Origin: Balanoglossus misakiensis
Taxonomy: Eukaryota > Animalia > Hemichordata
Assembly (NCBI GenBank): GCA_040954595.2
Contig: CM082598.2
Location: forward strand, 2,480,001-2,544,000
Reading direction: 5' to 3'
DNA: 64,000 bases
Part shown: piece by piece, positions 29,320 through 44,789 of the stretch
Layout of the letters: the number at the start of each line of letters is the position of its first letter
How positions within the stretch are numbered: position 1 is the first letter of the stretch
The notes under the pieces: generated by a model
Database searches by the model: none
The model's input: only the letters and a program-made list of their open reading frames with translations
What the model was told of the DNA's origin: nothing
Position numbers and translations under genes: made by a program

Positions 29320-30241
29320 CCAAACCAACCGGGTGCACTAACTCAGAAACAAGTCGCGAAATAATTCATCCACAAAAAATGACTGAAATCAAAATTCACA
29401 TGGTCTTTGGAGTTTCTGCTACTGAATTGAATTTCCAATATAGACAAGAACTCGCAGCTAATTTGAATTTCCTCTTTCCAAGTACACGAGGTATATCTTG
29501 GAAGATTATTTGTTGTAATTTGGTCCCAGAGAAAATACACGACTTTATGAAATATGATTATGTTATCAGTGATGAGTTTAAAAAAATCTCTCTCGTTTAA
29601 CAAATGGTTCGTTGATTTTATGTGTTTTGCGTGTGTGTACGATATTACCAGTCATACGACCAACACGCACCAATTATGTATGCACATAGGCACAGCTACA
29701 TAACGTGGCCACAAACAACCAATGAACTGCACATCTCCGGGTTACATGTATTCAAAATACTTTATTCTGATTATGGTACAAAAAATTAGGTTATCCGATT
29801 GTAAGTTCACACAATTCCCAAGATGTCGACATCCAAAAGTCGAACAATCGATTCATTTTGCTGAGTAAGTAACTGTTAATGTTTTCGGTTTCCATGACAA
29901 AAATCGAATCGATGTACGCCATGCCTAAAAACGGCAAGCTTTTGACCTTATACAGTCTATCATGTCTATGAAATGCGTCGTTTTACTTCCTGGCAGAAAA
30001 CATTCATCGTAAAATATAAATGCTATTGCTTCGTTACGTTGAGGTAATGAAATACAATTATCACTTTAAAAACAAATTCCATTACAGGTCTGGTCGCAGA
30101 AGTTAGTTTTATCTTTGTCATATTGAGATCTGAAGCGGGAAATTAAAAGCTATCGGCGCTGCTCGGAATATTTCCAGGAACCAAACAACTGCATTTTAAG
30201 CAAATGTTAATCTGTAACTGCACAGCCAACAGGGCCAAAGT

Positions 30242-33200
30242 TCAATTTGCAAACAGCCAAATTGTCCACGACAGAAACAACACGAAGAAGATGATCAAAA
30301 GCAATCGGTTGAGAACCGCGCCCACTATTTTCCAGTCTTCTTCCTGTGAAAAGAAATACATAACAAAAATAAATAAGTAAAACCTCAAACTTCCAATGAA
30401 ACAACAAGATGTATGGCATGCTTTTAATCCAGCAGGGAGAGGTTTATATTCACCTTTTCTGATTCAGACCCCTTCGATCGCTGTCGCAATTCTTCAATAA
30501 TCGAGTCCAACCTCTGAAGAATCTGTGAGGACATAAATGCCTCCGTATTGTCCTGTGACGCAGAGTGCTGGTTGTAGAAGTTGTCCGATTCAAAACAGAC
30601 CATTGGAATCTCACTGTCATTGATGTTTTGCCCTGGTCTCTCGTAGTGTCTGTGTTTGATTTGTGGGATTGGGGAAGGTGTACACCCCCGGTAATTGTTG
30701 TGGTTGACATTGTATTTGAGTGGTGACAAGCCCCTGTGCCTCTTGTACTGGTAATTGAAGAATAAATAACGAGGGAGGAAATCTATGAAGACTTTCCGCA
30801 TCCAACCGTTGACCTCGCCTGGCTGGTTATAAGTCTTCATGACCATGGCCGCCAGAATGACGGCGAGGACAACGGATGCCATGTTGACCATCAGGTACAC
30901 CGAAAGCACGGGCATGCTGTCTGACGTCTCGGGCATGATCTCCGCCACCAAGAGGTTGAACACGAAGAGTGTGAGCAGGATGGAGACCGCGAGAGGGAGC
31001 TTGTCTGAGGAATCAGGCGGCAGGTAGAAAACCAAGACTGTGAGGACAGAGAACAGGGCACATGGTAAATTCAGATTCATGATGTAGTAGAGGGGCTTCC
31101 GCTGGATGTTCAACTGGAACTCCAAGAACGCGTACTGTCCGGTGAACGTAAGAAATTCTGCCTCCAATCGCTGATACGAGGAAGAAACAATCTCCCACTC
31201 GGTGTTGGCGATGTAGCCTTCCTTCTTGATGCCCTCGAACGACGAAAAGAAGTCGAGGTCTTCCTTGTAGTGGACCCACGTTCCGAAGTAAATCGGGCAC
31301 GACTGCACATCGAACGGGAACTCAGCGATGGCCATGACGCAGGGAATCTCGTAGATGTGCGCCGTGCACATGGTCACCACGCCATCACTATGGACGATGC
31401 CCGTTGTCGTTATGGCAATAACTTGCGGGAAATTCGGGTGCTCTTCGTTGGCACTGATGAAACAACAGAACACGTGATCAGTATATTTCCTTATTAAGTA
31501 TAATTATCGCCAATTAACAACCGTAACTGAGGTGCACTGCAGTTGAAGATACATGTACACTGCAGCCAGTTTTTATTTGAACCATGGGGATGGTATTTCT
31601 TGATGATATCTCTTGCAGAAACACAAGCCTCTTTACGGCTATAAAGTTACTATTTGTTAGCTTAATTGTCTGTATTAAAAGTTCCTGATCCAAGAAGCGC
31701 TTTCCTTATGATTCAAACTGCTCTACTAATATGTAGTCCCAACAGACTACTACTAGTAGATAGATAGACAGATACTTGCCTTTGGTAGAGGGCGGTGTCT
31801 GGAAACCAAATCTCCTTAGCAATAACCGGTAAGTTAAAAATACCACTGTATTCCGATGGGTCCCATTTCAGACGATAATCAGTCCAAATCTATGTACGAA
31901 ATACAAATTAGGATGTATTGTATATACAATAAGCACATGCACTCGTAACATGGTATTGTAACGGCAGTACATGGATGTAATGTCATACAGAGGTCATGAA
32001 ATTGGCCTATTAAACATGATTCCCAGAGACGGGTATTGATTCTTAAGGTCATTGCGGTGGGATTGTATTACATATGAGAGCATTGACATTGAGAATCCAT
32101 GTTCGCTCGAATCCAACACTGGGGAGAATTCTGTCGCCAGTTGACCTTGTAAGTTTGCTGGTAGAATCATATATGGTACGGTCAACCTTGGAAACTGCTG
32201 GTGCTGGCGAACTACATTAAATATAGTTCAATGCAGGTTTATTTTTAAATTATAATACTTATCAGTTTCCATACCTGGTAGATCCAGAGACTTGCTTTCA
32301 TTACCTGTGCCTTTTCGTCCTGAAAAAGACACACACTGTTAGTGTGCCAATGGTCAATTGTGGTCGTTAGTACACTCAAAAGACCAGATGTTTCTTCAAC
32401 TTCTGGTTGGCATAGGCTAACCAGGTCGGTTTTAGCGAGCAATGTTGTCAGAGAGACCCTCTGAGTGTTTCCATACATTGAATCGTTTCATGGTTAGACA
32501 GGGAGGGGGGGGGTTAAAGGGCGATCATGTTAACTATTCGTAGAAAGTCGGTCGCTGCTCCCCGTTCCACGGTCACAACACTTTGCCCACACGTCTGATT
32601 CTCAGCAGTCGATGCCAAAGACCTTTGGACCCTTGCAACGCCTGCTGATCACGCTAATTTTAAATTTATGGAACGACAGATTGATGACTGGTCGGAATTA
32701 GCATACCGAGGTTGAAACATCTGTCACCATTCGTAAGGGACCATACTTGAGGGTTTTATCAACCATGCGATAAAAGTACAAGGGAGATCTAACAACCAAG
32801 ATACCTACCACATCAAGAATTTGTGTAATAGCCAGCACGATATCAATCGTCACGGCCTCGCCGGGGGTTTCTGCGGGTCTCACACTCTTGCTGTAGTTAC
32901 TGAACAAGTCTGTCCGTAGGCGTTCTTCCGCCTCACTTGCTGTGACACCTATACGAGGGAGATTGAACGGCGAAGACACAGGGAGAGAGAGACAGAGAGA
33001 GATAGAGAGTGAGAGATAGATAGAGAGTGAGAGAGAGAGAGAGACAGAGAGAGGGAGAGAGAGTGGATAGACAGAGAGAGAGTAAATCAATCAAAACTTT
33101 CCAGCACTATCTTTCCATGGTGACTGTTAAAAACTACACTTGATGTATATGTAGATACAAAATCTCCCTGTTCATATATAAATCTCAGAAATTAAATGGC

Positions 33201-36200
33201 GATGATTCAAAGGATTGTGTTGGATCCGGATTGTGTTTCTATGGTAATTCCATTATGTAACTGTGGTCTGATATTGAAATATTTTCAATGAATTGTACCC
33301 TGTTGTAAGATTTACGTTCTGTTTCTCAGAGAACTCTGGTAGCAACGGCGGTTGTTCATAACAGGCAATCAATCAACTGAAGTGCACTAACATGCAGATA
33401 AACCCTACACTTGTTGCTCAAGTACTGGAATTGTCATGGTTCTGACAGTAATGGCTCCAAACACAAACATTATTGCTGATGGACGGTCGCACTTAACCAA
33501 AAACAATGTCCAGCATTGTCCTTGTACTGCAAGTGAACTACGTCGAATTACGCATCAATTATGGTCCAGGTTTAAGGAACGCAAACAGGGGTCACAATTC
33601 GGGGTTAGTGTAAAGCATTAGGATACTCTATCATTAAATTACAAAGAGTATATATGACAATGAACCCCGATTAAAAACTACAGTCGAATAGAAGCTGATT
33701 TATATTTTCCTTGAATTCCAATGACAGCTCTGTATGGACAGAAGATCTGGAAATATCTCAACGTACATTATAGCAGAAAAAAAGTAACAGCCGGTGTATG
33801 TGTGTTTAAGTGATAATTTATGTTCCCCTGAAGTGTGATAGTGCTATAAAATATTAATCCACTTTGATCAATAGTAGCATATGTTTCTATGTCAGAAATA
33901 ATAAATACCTGTGTTCTCCGAAACTAAGTAGTAGTTATTTACCTTTGATATAGTGACTGTGACTTGTTTTATCTGTCTGTCTGTCTGCCTGCCTGTCTGT
34001 ATGTCTGTCTGCTTATGCTGTTGCCTGCATTCTTTATACCTTCGCCCATTTCACATACTCTTTGTAATGTCGTCATCATCACAGACACATGGCCAGTTCA
34101 CACTCAGTTGATAATTTATTGGCCCAATCATTGTACTGGAATCCCCAAACCATTAGTGGTCCGCACATTTTAAAGGCATTAGTGTTCCACACCTTTTGTG
34201 ACTGTAATTATTCACTTATATCCATAAAATATCAGCATTGTGTACGCAGTTAACAATTGTATGATTGATGCTAATTATCCAGTTGACACAAATGTGGCAG
34301 ATTCCGTAAACAAAGAATAAACTCGGCCATGATACCACCAACGCCTGTACAGCTGACAAAGCCTGAACCGTGTGTTGTATTGTTGTTTCTTTATATTGTA
34401 AGCGTACCTGCCCTACAATAGCTCAATGGAGTTAAAAAGGCTCAAAATATATCGACTTTACTTACAATGACATCAGGTATTGGCTCTTCTGCTGCCTGTT
34501 TTTTAATCAATCATATAAATTGTTTCTACGTTCATAGAAAATCAGACATAACACAAATATCATAATCACTATCCAACACACGCAAACTGAGTTCAGCAAA
34601 TATGACTTCAAACACTAAATTAGAAATAATTGGACATCTCGACAGTAGATGAAACTCATTTTGCCAACTGGTGAACTCGGATGATATTACAGTCACATTC
34701 CTCTGTTACACGTACAAGCTTCTGGACAAGAGTTAATATATCAATACCGACCATTGATATTATTAATAACGTAAGCTAACATTTGCGGGTACGTAAATAT
34801 AGGAAACAAATGGCATGTTTGACAACTTCTGATCTCAGCATACACAGCAGGGGTAAACGTCAAGGTGTGACAAAATCCATTTACATGTGTGCTTGCATAT
34901 GTGCGTTTGGAATTGTAAATATAATGTGCAGAGGATGTGAACAACAACAACAAAATAAGCATTGCATAAGATTGCGCTGCATGGGGTAAATAGGGTAAAT
35001 AGGCAAGCTTTGGAATATCAGCGAGATTGAATTTAAAGTATTTCTGATTCGTCTTGATCAAATGTTTCAGCCATATTACCGCCATGCCTATCTTTCGTCA
35101 TCTACGTCATTAGTATGTCTTATGTCCCAGCTAGTGAGTATAATTACATTTATTTCCATTCGCTAAATAACGGATTCGGCATTTATGGCAGTTTCAACAA
35201 CTAGTCCCTGACAACTGCGACATTATTAACACATGTGTGGTGCTAGGAATCTGTCCAAAAATGCAATAGATATTTAATTCTAAAAATAAATTATAAAAGT
35301 TCATACTCCTAATAATCGAAGGTCTAAACAGCGCTGTGAACAGATGTTAGCTGACGAACATATTCGATAACTATAACTAGTCCGGGAAGAAGTAGAAATC
35401 TCTCACAGTAGGGAGAAAGTTGATGAGTTTTTGCGAAGGAATTCGCTATGGCTAACCTACACAAATACATAAGCATAAGCTTAAGGATGAGAACAGTGGC
35501 ACCGATCCAAAATACTGGTAGTTGTGATGGTCTACCTCGAAACCTCGTTTTTGGACAGCCGATTATGCATGGCAAACATAGTATTGCACAGACAAAAAGT
35601 TCCAAGATCTGTCGAAGTTCGACAGGCATATTGAACTTGCTCATCAGACATAAATTAACTTCATAGTATTTTGAGAATAAAATGTCCTACTTAATAAACT
35701 ATTTCTGGTATTTTACCAGCGACAGCTGAAGTGTACATGTTGTGCGTTACACGCATAGGACACAGATGTGTCATTTATGAACAGACGACACGTCAAAAAC
35801 CTTTTCTAGTGACAGATGGGGTATTTCCACCGATGTTCATATGTGTAGAATTCTACAGTTGATTTATGACCAGGCAGATAATCGTGCCGCCCTAACAATG
35901 AAGCAAATTGACCTCTCTAATGTCAATTCATCATTTTGTTTGCTTGTTTGTTCAATATTTTGATGTTGATAATTTCCATGTACCTTCGTGTGTGTTTACA
36001 AGTTTGCCACATCCAGTCAAGGTCGTGGGGATATCAAACACTGTCAAACGTGAGGGGGTGCAACACCTGCAGATATTTAACGACTAAACGGTAAATGATA
36101 CTTCATTCTGTCATTTGTGGTCGTACACACAAATAGATAGAATCGTCAGCTTACAACGTGACTTCTTTGAACGGATGTCGCCAGATCTGTATAAACATGG

Positions 36201-37477
36201 TGGTAATGAAACATTTGTTCTCGATTTTCGTTTACTTATATGTGGGGCATTCTTCCTCTAAAATGTAAAGTATCATTGTATAAACACTGACCGTGCTCTG
36301 TAAGTGCAATCGATGAACCACAGAGGGACAGCAGATGAACATATACCATTACAGACGGTAAATATCAAAATCACAATAAATAAAATACCTAACATGCTTT
36401 TAGTAACACAAGTTTACAGAATACTCTTATACTGTGCGGAAAAGAACCACGATTCACCACCTAAACATCACGTGTTCTAAGTTTTATTTGATTTACCTTT
36501 CATATCACTTTCACTCATAAATTTTACATAGAGCTTTGTCTTGAATTATGTCTCCCTTTGGGTGGGGCTTATTGTTGTTAACATAGTTCCATAAATAAAG
36601 TACAACAGCATTTAAATAGATGAAGTGACAGTGTGGGCGACTCGGTGAGAGTATTTAGACAGAAATATCCTGCTGAGAGCAAGCAATCGTTCATTGACAC
36701 GGGAAATATCACGTTTCAGTATTGGATGCTAACCGCGCTTACGCAAAAAATAGGGCTGAGTGATTCAAGGTTTTAGTTAATGCAAAACATCGGTTGCTGC
36801 CGGTTTTACACTCCGGGTGAAACAAGAACACCCGTAAGTGTAAGAAATACTGTACTTACTGACAGGGACACTGGGAAAAGTCATTGAAAATATGTAGGGT
36901 GCCAAAGATCTACCGACAGGGCAGATGGAACTAAGACGTTTAAATATATGTGTGATAGACAGAAACCTTGTGCTTGCTGAGAATGTAACTCCAAATGAAG
37001 TTCATAGGAGTTAAATCAATCACATGGTGTCACATGACTGGTCACATCTCACATCAAAAACATCCGTATCATAAAGACGTTTATATCATAAAGACATCAA
37101 ACTATGCTGAAAGATTCTCGCTGTTCCATCTGTAATTTTACATCCCGACCACTACTACTTCAATCTAGACAAATGGGTTCTAGTGCATGTGTTGAAGACT
37201 ATTGATAGACACATAAAAAGACGGTTCATCCGTAGATACAATGTTATTAAAGGCTTGACAAGAGATATTCTATTTCGGACACATGTCACAACAAGTCGAT
37301 CATTAACAATCGGAGAATTACGTTATTACTGGGGGCATAACCACGCTTATGCGAAAAACGTGCAATTTAAGCTTCACAAAACGACACCGGTAGATCGAGA
37401 CCCTTACCTTTGGAGTTAAGCAACAGTACCAGTAGACACGAGGCCGCGAGAAAGGCAACAGTACGAACTGGCAACAT
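30242..37477 (-). CDS. nAChR-like Cys-loop channel subunit C (non-alpha), ~488 aa
   Basis: Exons 37477-37408 (MLPVRTVAFLAASCLLVLLLNSK), 32948-32809 (EAEERLRTDLFSNYSKSVRP), 32319-32275 (DEKAQVMKASLWIYQ), 31889-31780 (followed by a GC donor), 31453-30454 (Cys-loop CVMAIAEFPFDVQSC, M1-M3) and 30343-30242 (M4, TGA). Confidence 0.95.
32980..33082. repeat. (GA)n-rich simple repeat next to the exon 2 acceptor of gene C
   Basis: gagagagaca/gatagaga runs; pyrimidine-rich on the minus strand. Confidence 0.85.
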
Positions 37478-40400
37478 TTTGGGAACCGTTCGCGATATCT
37501 GTCAAATCCTGCACTGACGTGACTGCGAAAGTCGCCGAGGAAGACACTGTGACAGGTCTGTAGCTGAGCTCATCACTTTCGCTCACTGGACCATCAACAG
37601 CCGCACGGGAAGATTAAACTCCAGCGACAGTTGCAAAGGTCAACCGGATCACATGACTAGGCATATCCCTATAATAACATGTAGACTTCACTTGTTTGAA
37701 ATGGAGCCCCTGTGGACAGGATAGCCATTTAACTCAACAATTCACCTCGTGATTATAAGCTAGATAATGTTTTACTTTCATTTTATACTTGATGTGAATG
37801 TTAGACTAGCGGCCAATCGGTGACAATAACACCGTATGTGGGGAAACAAGGGCGTGTGGTTTAATCATACTGAGAATTGACCTGCTTTGGCTGTTTTCAC
37901 ACTTTAAAACCAAACAAAACAACACAAAGAAACAGACAAACAATACAATACATAAAAGAGAACAATGGATCCCGTGGAGTATTTATCTACGGCTGATGAA
38001 AGTCATCTGTATGAAATAACTTACCTCTTACATCAAACATCAGAACCATCGAAAAGGAAACTGCAACAAAATCTACTGTTCGTGCTTGTAACAACATTAT
38101 TGATTACTCGTCAGGAACGGTAACAATGTTTCCATTCAGCGCGCGCGCCGTAGCAACGCTGGTGTGGATGTAGTCCCGAACGGCGCACTGACGCAACAAT
38201 ACATGGAACGATGAGCATAACTTTTGTTGAGGTTAAACTGCTGTTTTGGGTCACGTCATGTGACAGCCCACATGCTGTGCTAATTACGTATAGAAATGCT
38301 TTAACTTTTTCTCTAGTCAGGGCTGTTTACCATGGGACTAGTGTCAAGTTATCACATGTGTGAAGGCATGTCTTTCTAATTTGCTGTAGCAACAATGCAC
38401 GACCAACATTTCGTAATTTCCATGTTGCTTGAACAACACTTGATATGATACGAGGAATTGGGTGATTTCTCTTGAAAATAAACGACACACTGAGTTATCG
38501 GTCCAAAGGGATGCAATCTTATCAGCGTTGGCATTTTAGAGAAACAGGCCTACTTCCTATAAATGTAATCCCCGAGACTCGCCATTAATCTTTGAACTGA
38601 GCCTAACACTATTAGCTTCGATGCCAGAGCGTTGACCCTAAAATTAATTGGAAAAATCAATCAAGTCGTCATGCAATCAGTTACGTTTACCACTTCATTG
38701 CCTTATTAGTGTGCTGTTCTACGTGTACATTTGGAAGTTCAACATCCTGAAACGTCTACTGGACCATTCCTTACTTGCAAAATCATTCGATCTTGACAGT
38801 GATTTGTAGGTAAGCAACATTTAAAAACGATGTCTAAAATCGTCGTCTGTGACAAAAATACAATTGTAATCATAATTTACTAACTTCACATAACCTGCCA
38901 GGGCCTGTGCTAAGTGTATTGAAGATGATGACTTTATATAATTATAAATGTAAACGAAATGAAGTTACGTCATGTACATGATAGATTTGCATAATAATGT
39001 CGCCGAAGATGTCTTCCAATATGGCGGAAGCAATGGCTGCCTTGTGACGTCAACGCTTATCGGCTCTTACCATTTGAAGGTTTTGTACAACGACCTCACT
39101 GCGAAGACATATTGCAGGAATAGCGCCGTGATGCAACCAGTGAGGAAGTCTGTCGTGTGGGTGGTTTTATGTCAAGGTTTGTGAACATCCGGGATCAACG
39201 GAACGACAAAAAGTGACTGAATTATATAGATGGCCTATAAATTTGTCTGCAGGCGAACAGTCCGCCATTGGTCAACGTTGTAGTTTGGCGAAACGATAAA
39301 ATATGTCACGGAAATGTGCAGATATGTAGCAACATTCGTCACCACCGAACGGCACGTTCATTAAAACCCAATAGCTGCGCATAGTCTATTACTTGAAAAT
39401 TCGCTCACGTCGAAATGCTTTGGATGTTTTCTCGAAATTGAAATATGTGGAGGTCGTGGTGATATTTATTGTGCCTAAAATAGTGTTCACTTTAGCATAT
39501 CAAGGCCCTCTTGCTGACGTAGAAATTAGACCACTATATTAAGCAGCTGGTCCTGTCAATCACAGAGCGTTTTAAATTATGCAATTTGGGTTAATATCTG
39601 GTGTTATGAATTCGAATATTTCAACTGAATACTGTTAGAGTCGAAAACCGCATGTAAAAGTCTTTGTTGTAGAGACGCCATTCTGTTGTCATTCTGAACT
39701 ATCTGGCTTCCACCAGTGCATGCTTAATACTTAAAGCGCCCGCGGGATTATAAATTACGACGCCGAAGAAAAACACACAGGCTATTAACAGGCAACAAGT
39801 ATTCAGCGGAGACGTTGTATCATCGAGACAGCATTTACTGCAAGATTTGTGTAAGTTTATCGGCCGCGTGGCGCTCACAATGCAATCTGTTTCGGTCATG
39901 ATCATGTCCGAACTACTTGAATGTAAATTGTCAATCATCATGGTAAGATTTCAAACTTTCCCCTATATTACTGTCAGTGTGACCTGGTTGTAGTCTGCAT
40001 GGGGGCCATGGTCCATGGCAGTGGGAGTACGCAATTCGATAGCGCCGTTAAGGTCTCGCCGAAAGACTAGCGGATTGTGCAAAATCTGAACTATCTGCGT
40101 TGGGAAACACTTGTTACGATTCATCTTATTGGTCATAACTCAATGCGTCAAGTTGACCCAATTCTCTAATGACTTGCAATTAGACTTGATGCGTGCTTGA
40201 ATCACCGTCTAGGGTCAGACCACTCCCTTTATGTATGGTCGGTTACTTTCTCTCTATTTTTACATTGGTGGCATAGTTCGTCGTAGGCGTTAACACGTGG
40301 GCAGACAATAGTCTTGTGCCAGACTTCGATGGCGAGCCCACGTTTCACTATCAGGAGCGGCCAAGGGATCTTTTAAGTCATCTTCACTTAAAATATCCGA

Positions 40401-40597
40401 AGTTATTTTATTAAATTGCCATTTTATAGAAAAAATGAAAATAATGTTACTGAAAAATGGAAAAAAATCAAAACACGTTTCATGTTAAAACCACACCTAA
40501 ATTAAGGCAGATGGTGCAGCCAATTTTCATGGCATGTTAGTTGGCCAAAAGTTTTGTTCAAAGAAAGTAATGCCGGTACACAATGTCCAAGCTTAGT

Positions 40598-43500
40598 TTA
40601 GTTTAAAAACAACCATGTCGTGCTTATTAAAAATAACATGAAGAATACAATCAATAAAAGTCTATTAAGAACCGACGCAACAATTTTCCAGTCTTCTTCC
40701 TGGAAAATAATTAACAATAAAAGTAACGTAAGTTGTGTGATATGTATACAAAGTTTCAATTGTCATTATAAGTGGTATCATATATCAAACAATGGTGCAG
40801 AAACCAGGAACAATTATTGCATGCTACCAGCAAAGAAGATATGCACATGGTGAGTATTTATTATTCACGAATACCTGCTCTTCTGAATCGTCTGAAGGTC
40901 GTCGCAATTCTTCAATGATCGAATCCAGTCTCTCCAAGACTTGCAGTGACGAGAAAGCGAGTGAACTGGCTTGGAATTCAGGTGAGAGTATGTCTGCTGT
41001 GTCGTCTGTCTCAAAGTCGGTGATTAATTGGTCGGCTTTAAACATGTTGAACAGATGTTCTTCGTATGCATAATTCCTGTCTCTGAGTAGTTCTGTTCGA
41101 GTAGGTATGAACTCTGTGGTCGATCTTGGGGGTTTGGTGTGTTGGTGGTTGTAAGATCGCCTGGAGACACGGTTTTTATTGTGCCAATTGAAAAACAGAT
41201 ACTTTGGGAGGAAGATGATGAATACTCCTCGCATTTTGCCACGAACTTCGCCTTTGTATTTGTCGATTTTCATTACAACCGCCGACAGGATAATAGCGAG
41301 GACAACAGACGCCATATTGACCATCAGATACAAGGTGAGTACGGGCATGCTGTCTGACGTCTCAGGCATTATTTCCGCCACCAAGAGGTTGAACACGAAG
41401 AGTGTGAGCAGGATGGAGACCGCGAGAGGGAGCTTGTCCGAGGAATCAGGTGGCAGGTAGAAAACCAAGACGGTGAGAAGGGAGAACAAGGCGCATGGGT
41501 AGTTCAGGTTGACGACGTAATAGAGTGGTTTTCGCCGTATTGACAGGATGAACTCCAAGTAGGTGTATTGGCCAGGGTATGTGAGGAACTGCCCTTCGAA
41601 CCTTTGGTACGTCGAGGCAATAATGTCCCACTCAGTGTTCGGTATGAAGCTCTCCTTTTTGATTCTCCCAAACGATGACCCCATGTCGAGGTCTTCCTTG
41701 TAGTGGACCCACGTCCCGAAGTACATCGGGCACGTTTGCACATCGAACGGGAACTCAGCGATAGCCATGACGCAGGGAATCTCGTAGATGTGCGCCGTGC
41801 AGACGGTGACAGTGCCGTTGCTGTGAAGAATGCCAATGTTTGAAGGATCGATGACTTGTGGGAAGTTGGGATGTTCTTCGCTGGCACTGAAACACAATGG
41901 AGAGTGATGGCTTTGGTGAGAATGGAGGACCAACGCAAAACGAGACAAAGGAATGTGTACATCGGTGGAATCAGTTGCAGGTATGATGTGAAATACTATC
42001 ACAGAAAATATTGCCCACTCTGGCAATGTGACTGTTTTCAGTACTATTGCTATAATACTGTACTGCACTGTCTCTCTGTCTCTGTCTGTCTGTCTGTCTG
42101 TCTCTCTCTGTGTCTCTGTCTCTGTCTCTGTCTCTCTCTCTGTCTCTCTCTCTCTCTCTCTCAACATACAACTTACCTCTGGTAGAGGGAGGTATCAGGG
42201 AACCATATATCCTCTGTCTTTATTGGCAGATGGCTGATACCATAGTACTTAGATGGGTCCCATTGGAGTCGATAGTCTTTCCAGGTCTATCATAACATAA
42301 GGTGATACAAATTACTCCCTAGATCTTGTAATATACTACTAGTTCCACAGGTGGCAACTGATAAACAATTACACAGTGTCCGATTCAAGTTAAATCATTG
42401 TGAACTGAGTTTATAAGACGGAATGCTTACCTGGTAGACCCAGATACTCGCTTTAATCACTTGGGCTTTTTCATCCTAGTATAACAAACAACAATACCGT
42501 AACGACATTTGAGAAGCTACTTGAAGCAGAGTTCTCAAAGATGAAAGTATGCAGCATCATGTCCAGCTCTGCAAATTACTCAAGATAAAATTATGTCGAC
42601 ACCAGTGTGACGCATATTTTTAAAGTTTTTGACAGGCTATACATTTACATCACAGCAATCGAAACCTGTCATAATATAATCAGACTATTAGGTTTCATAT
42701 GGAAGTTACATTAAAGGGTGGGTGTCGTTCCGTCTGCGGCTGCGTGTATGGGTCCCATGCATACTACCACACGTTTGCTTGCAAGTCAAGTAGGCGCAGG
42801 AGTAATGATACTAACCACATCAAGGAGTTGTGTGATCGCCAGATCAACGTCAATGTTCACAGTTTCACCAGGTGATTTAGCTGGTCTCACGCGAGCCATG
42901 TACCCAGTGAACAAGTCCTTGCGCAGACGGCCTTCCGCGTCACTAGCAGCGACACCTACAGTCATTTATTAGAGAGGAACGGCACAAAAGTGACGTCAGA
43001 AAATTTTCACGTGGCCACGCAGAAAACTTGCCATACGCCCACCCGACCATGTAATAATGAGTAGTATATCCATATTGCTGTCGGCTATATAACATTTCTA
43101 CTCTGAATAAACACACAGAGTAATCCTATCCAAAATTTAGTCATCCTTGAACTATTCGTTCATTGGAGTTTAATATGTTTTAATAGGCTTGCATAACTGA
43201 ACCAGCGTGATTTCAGCGAATTTGGCCTACATTTTGTCGTCTGGCGATTTTGCGAGAACCAGTGCAAACCGGTTCTGCTGGACAAAGTTTTTACTCTGTT
43301 GTGGGAGTTTGGTTTGATACCCACAATCGTTTCATGGTCAAAACTTACCTTTAACTTTAGAATGCACTTTTAAACAATGTTTATATTTTTGGCATCAGAA
43401 ATATTGAGGCGCCCGTTTGTGCTTAAAACCCGGGTTAGTTTCTGACCTCTATGATGTCATCTATAGGAATTTAATTTTACATGTACATACGAAATGTAGC

Positions 43501-43794
43501 CAGCAATGCAGATAATATACAGCTCGATTACGAATTAAATCAAAGTTGATTAAAAAATATTTTTGGACAAGTGATAGACCTTTTGATATCCATTGAAGGG
43601 TGTTTTGGATATATGAAGGAAACATGGTTAAGAAGATTAATTTACTTTTCTTTTTAGCGAAAGCAGAAAAGTTTGGTTTGTTTATAAATGTCTGCGTGGC
43701 GTTCTAGTCAAACGAACTCACCTTTTAAACTTATTACAAGAGCCAGCGAACAGAAGACAGCAATAATAGCTAGCAGTCTTGTTGGCAACGTCAT
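40598..43794 (-). CDS. nAChR-like Cys-loop channel subunit D (non-alpha), ~493 aa
   Basis: Exons 43794-43722 (MTLPTRLLAIIAVFCSLALVISLK), 42955-42816, 42475-42431 (DEKAQVIKASIWVYQ), 42286-42177, 41886-40875 (Cys-loop CVMAIAEFPFDVQTC, M1-M3) and 40699-40598 (M4, TAA). It is a close paralog of C. Confidence 0.95.
42070..42162. repeat. (CT)/(CTGT)n simple repeat in intron 4 of gene D
   Basis: tctctgtctctgtc runs; source of the spurious RERET N-terminus of ORF 40824..42167. Confidence 0.9.
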
Positions 43795-44789
<995 letters not shown>

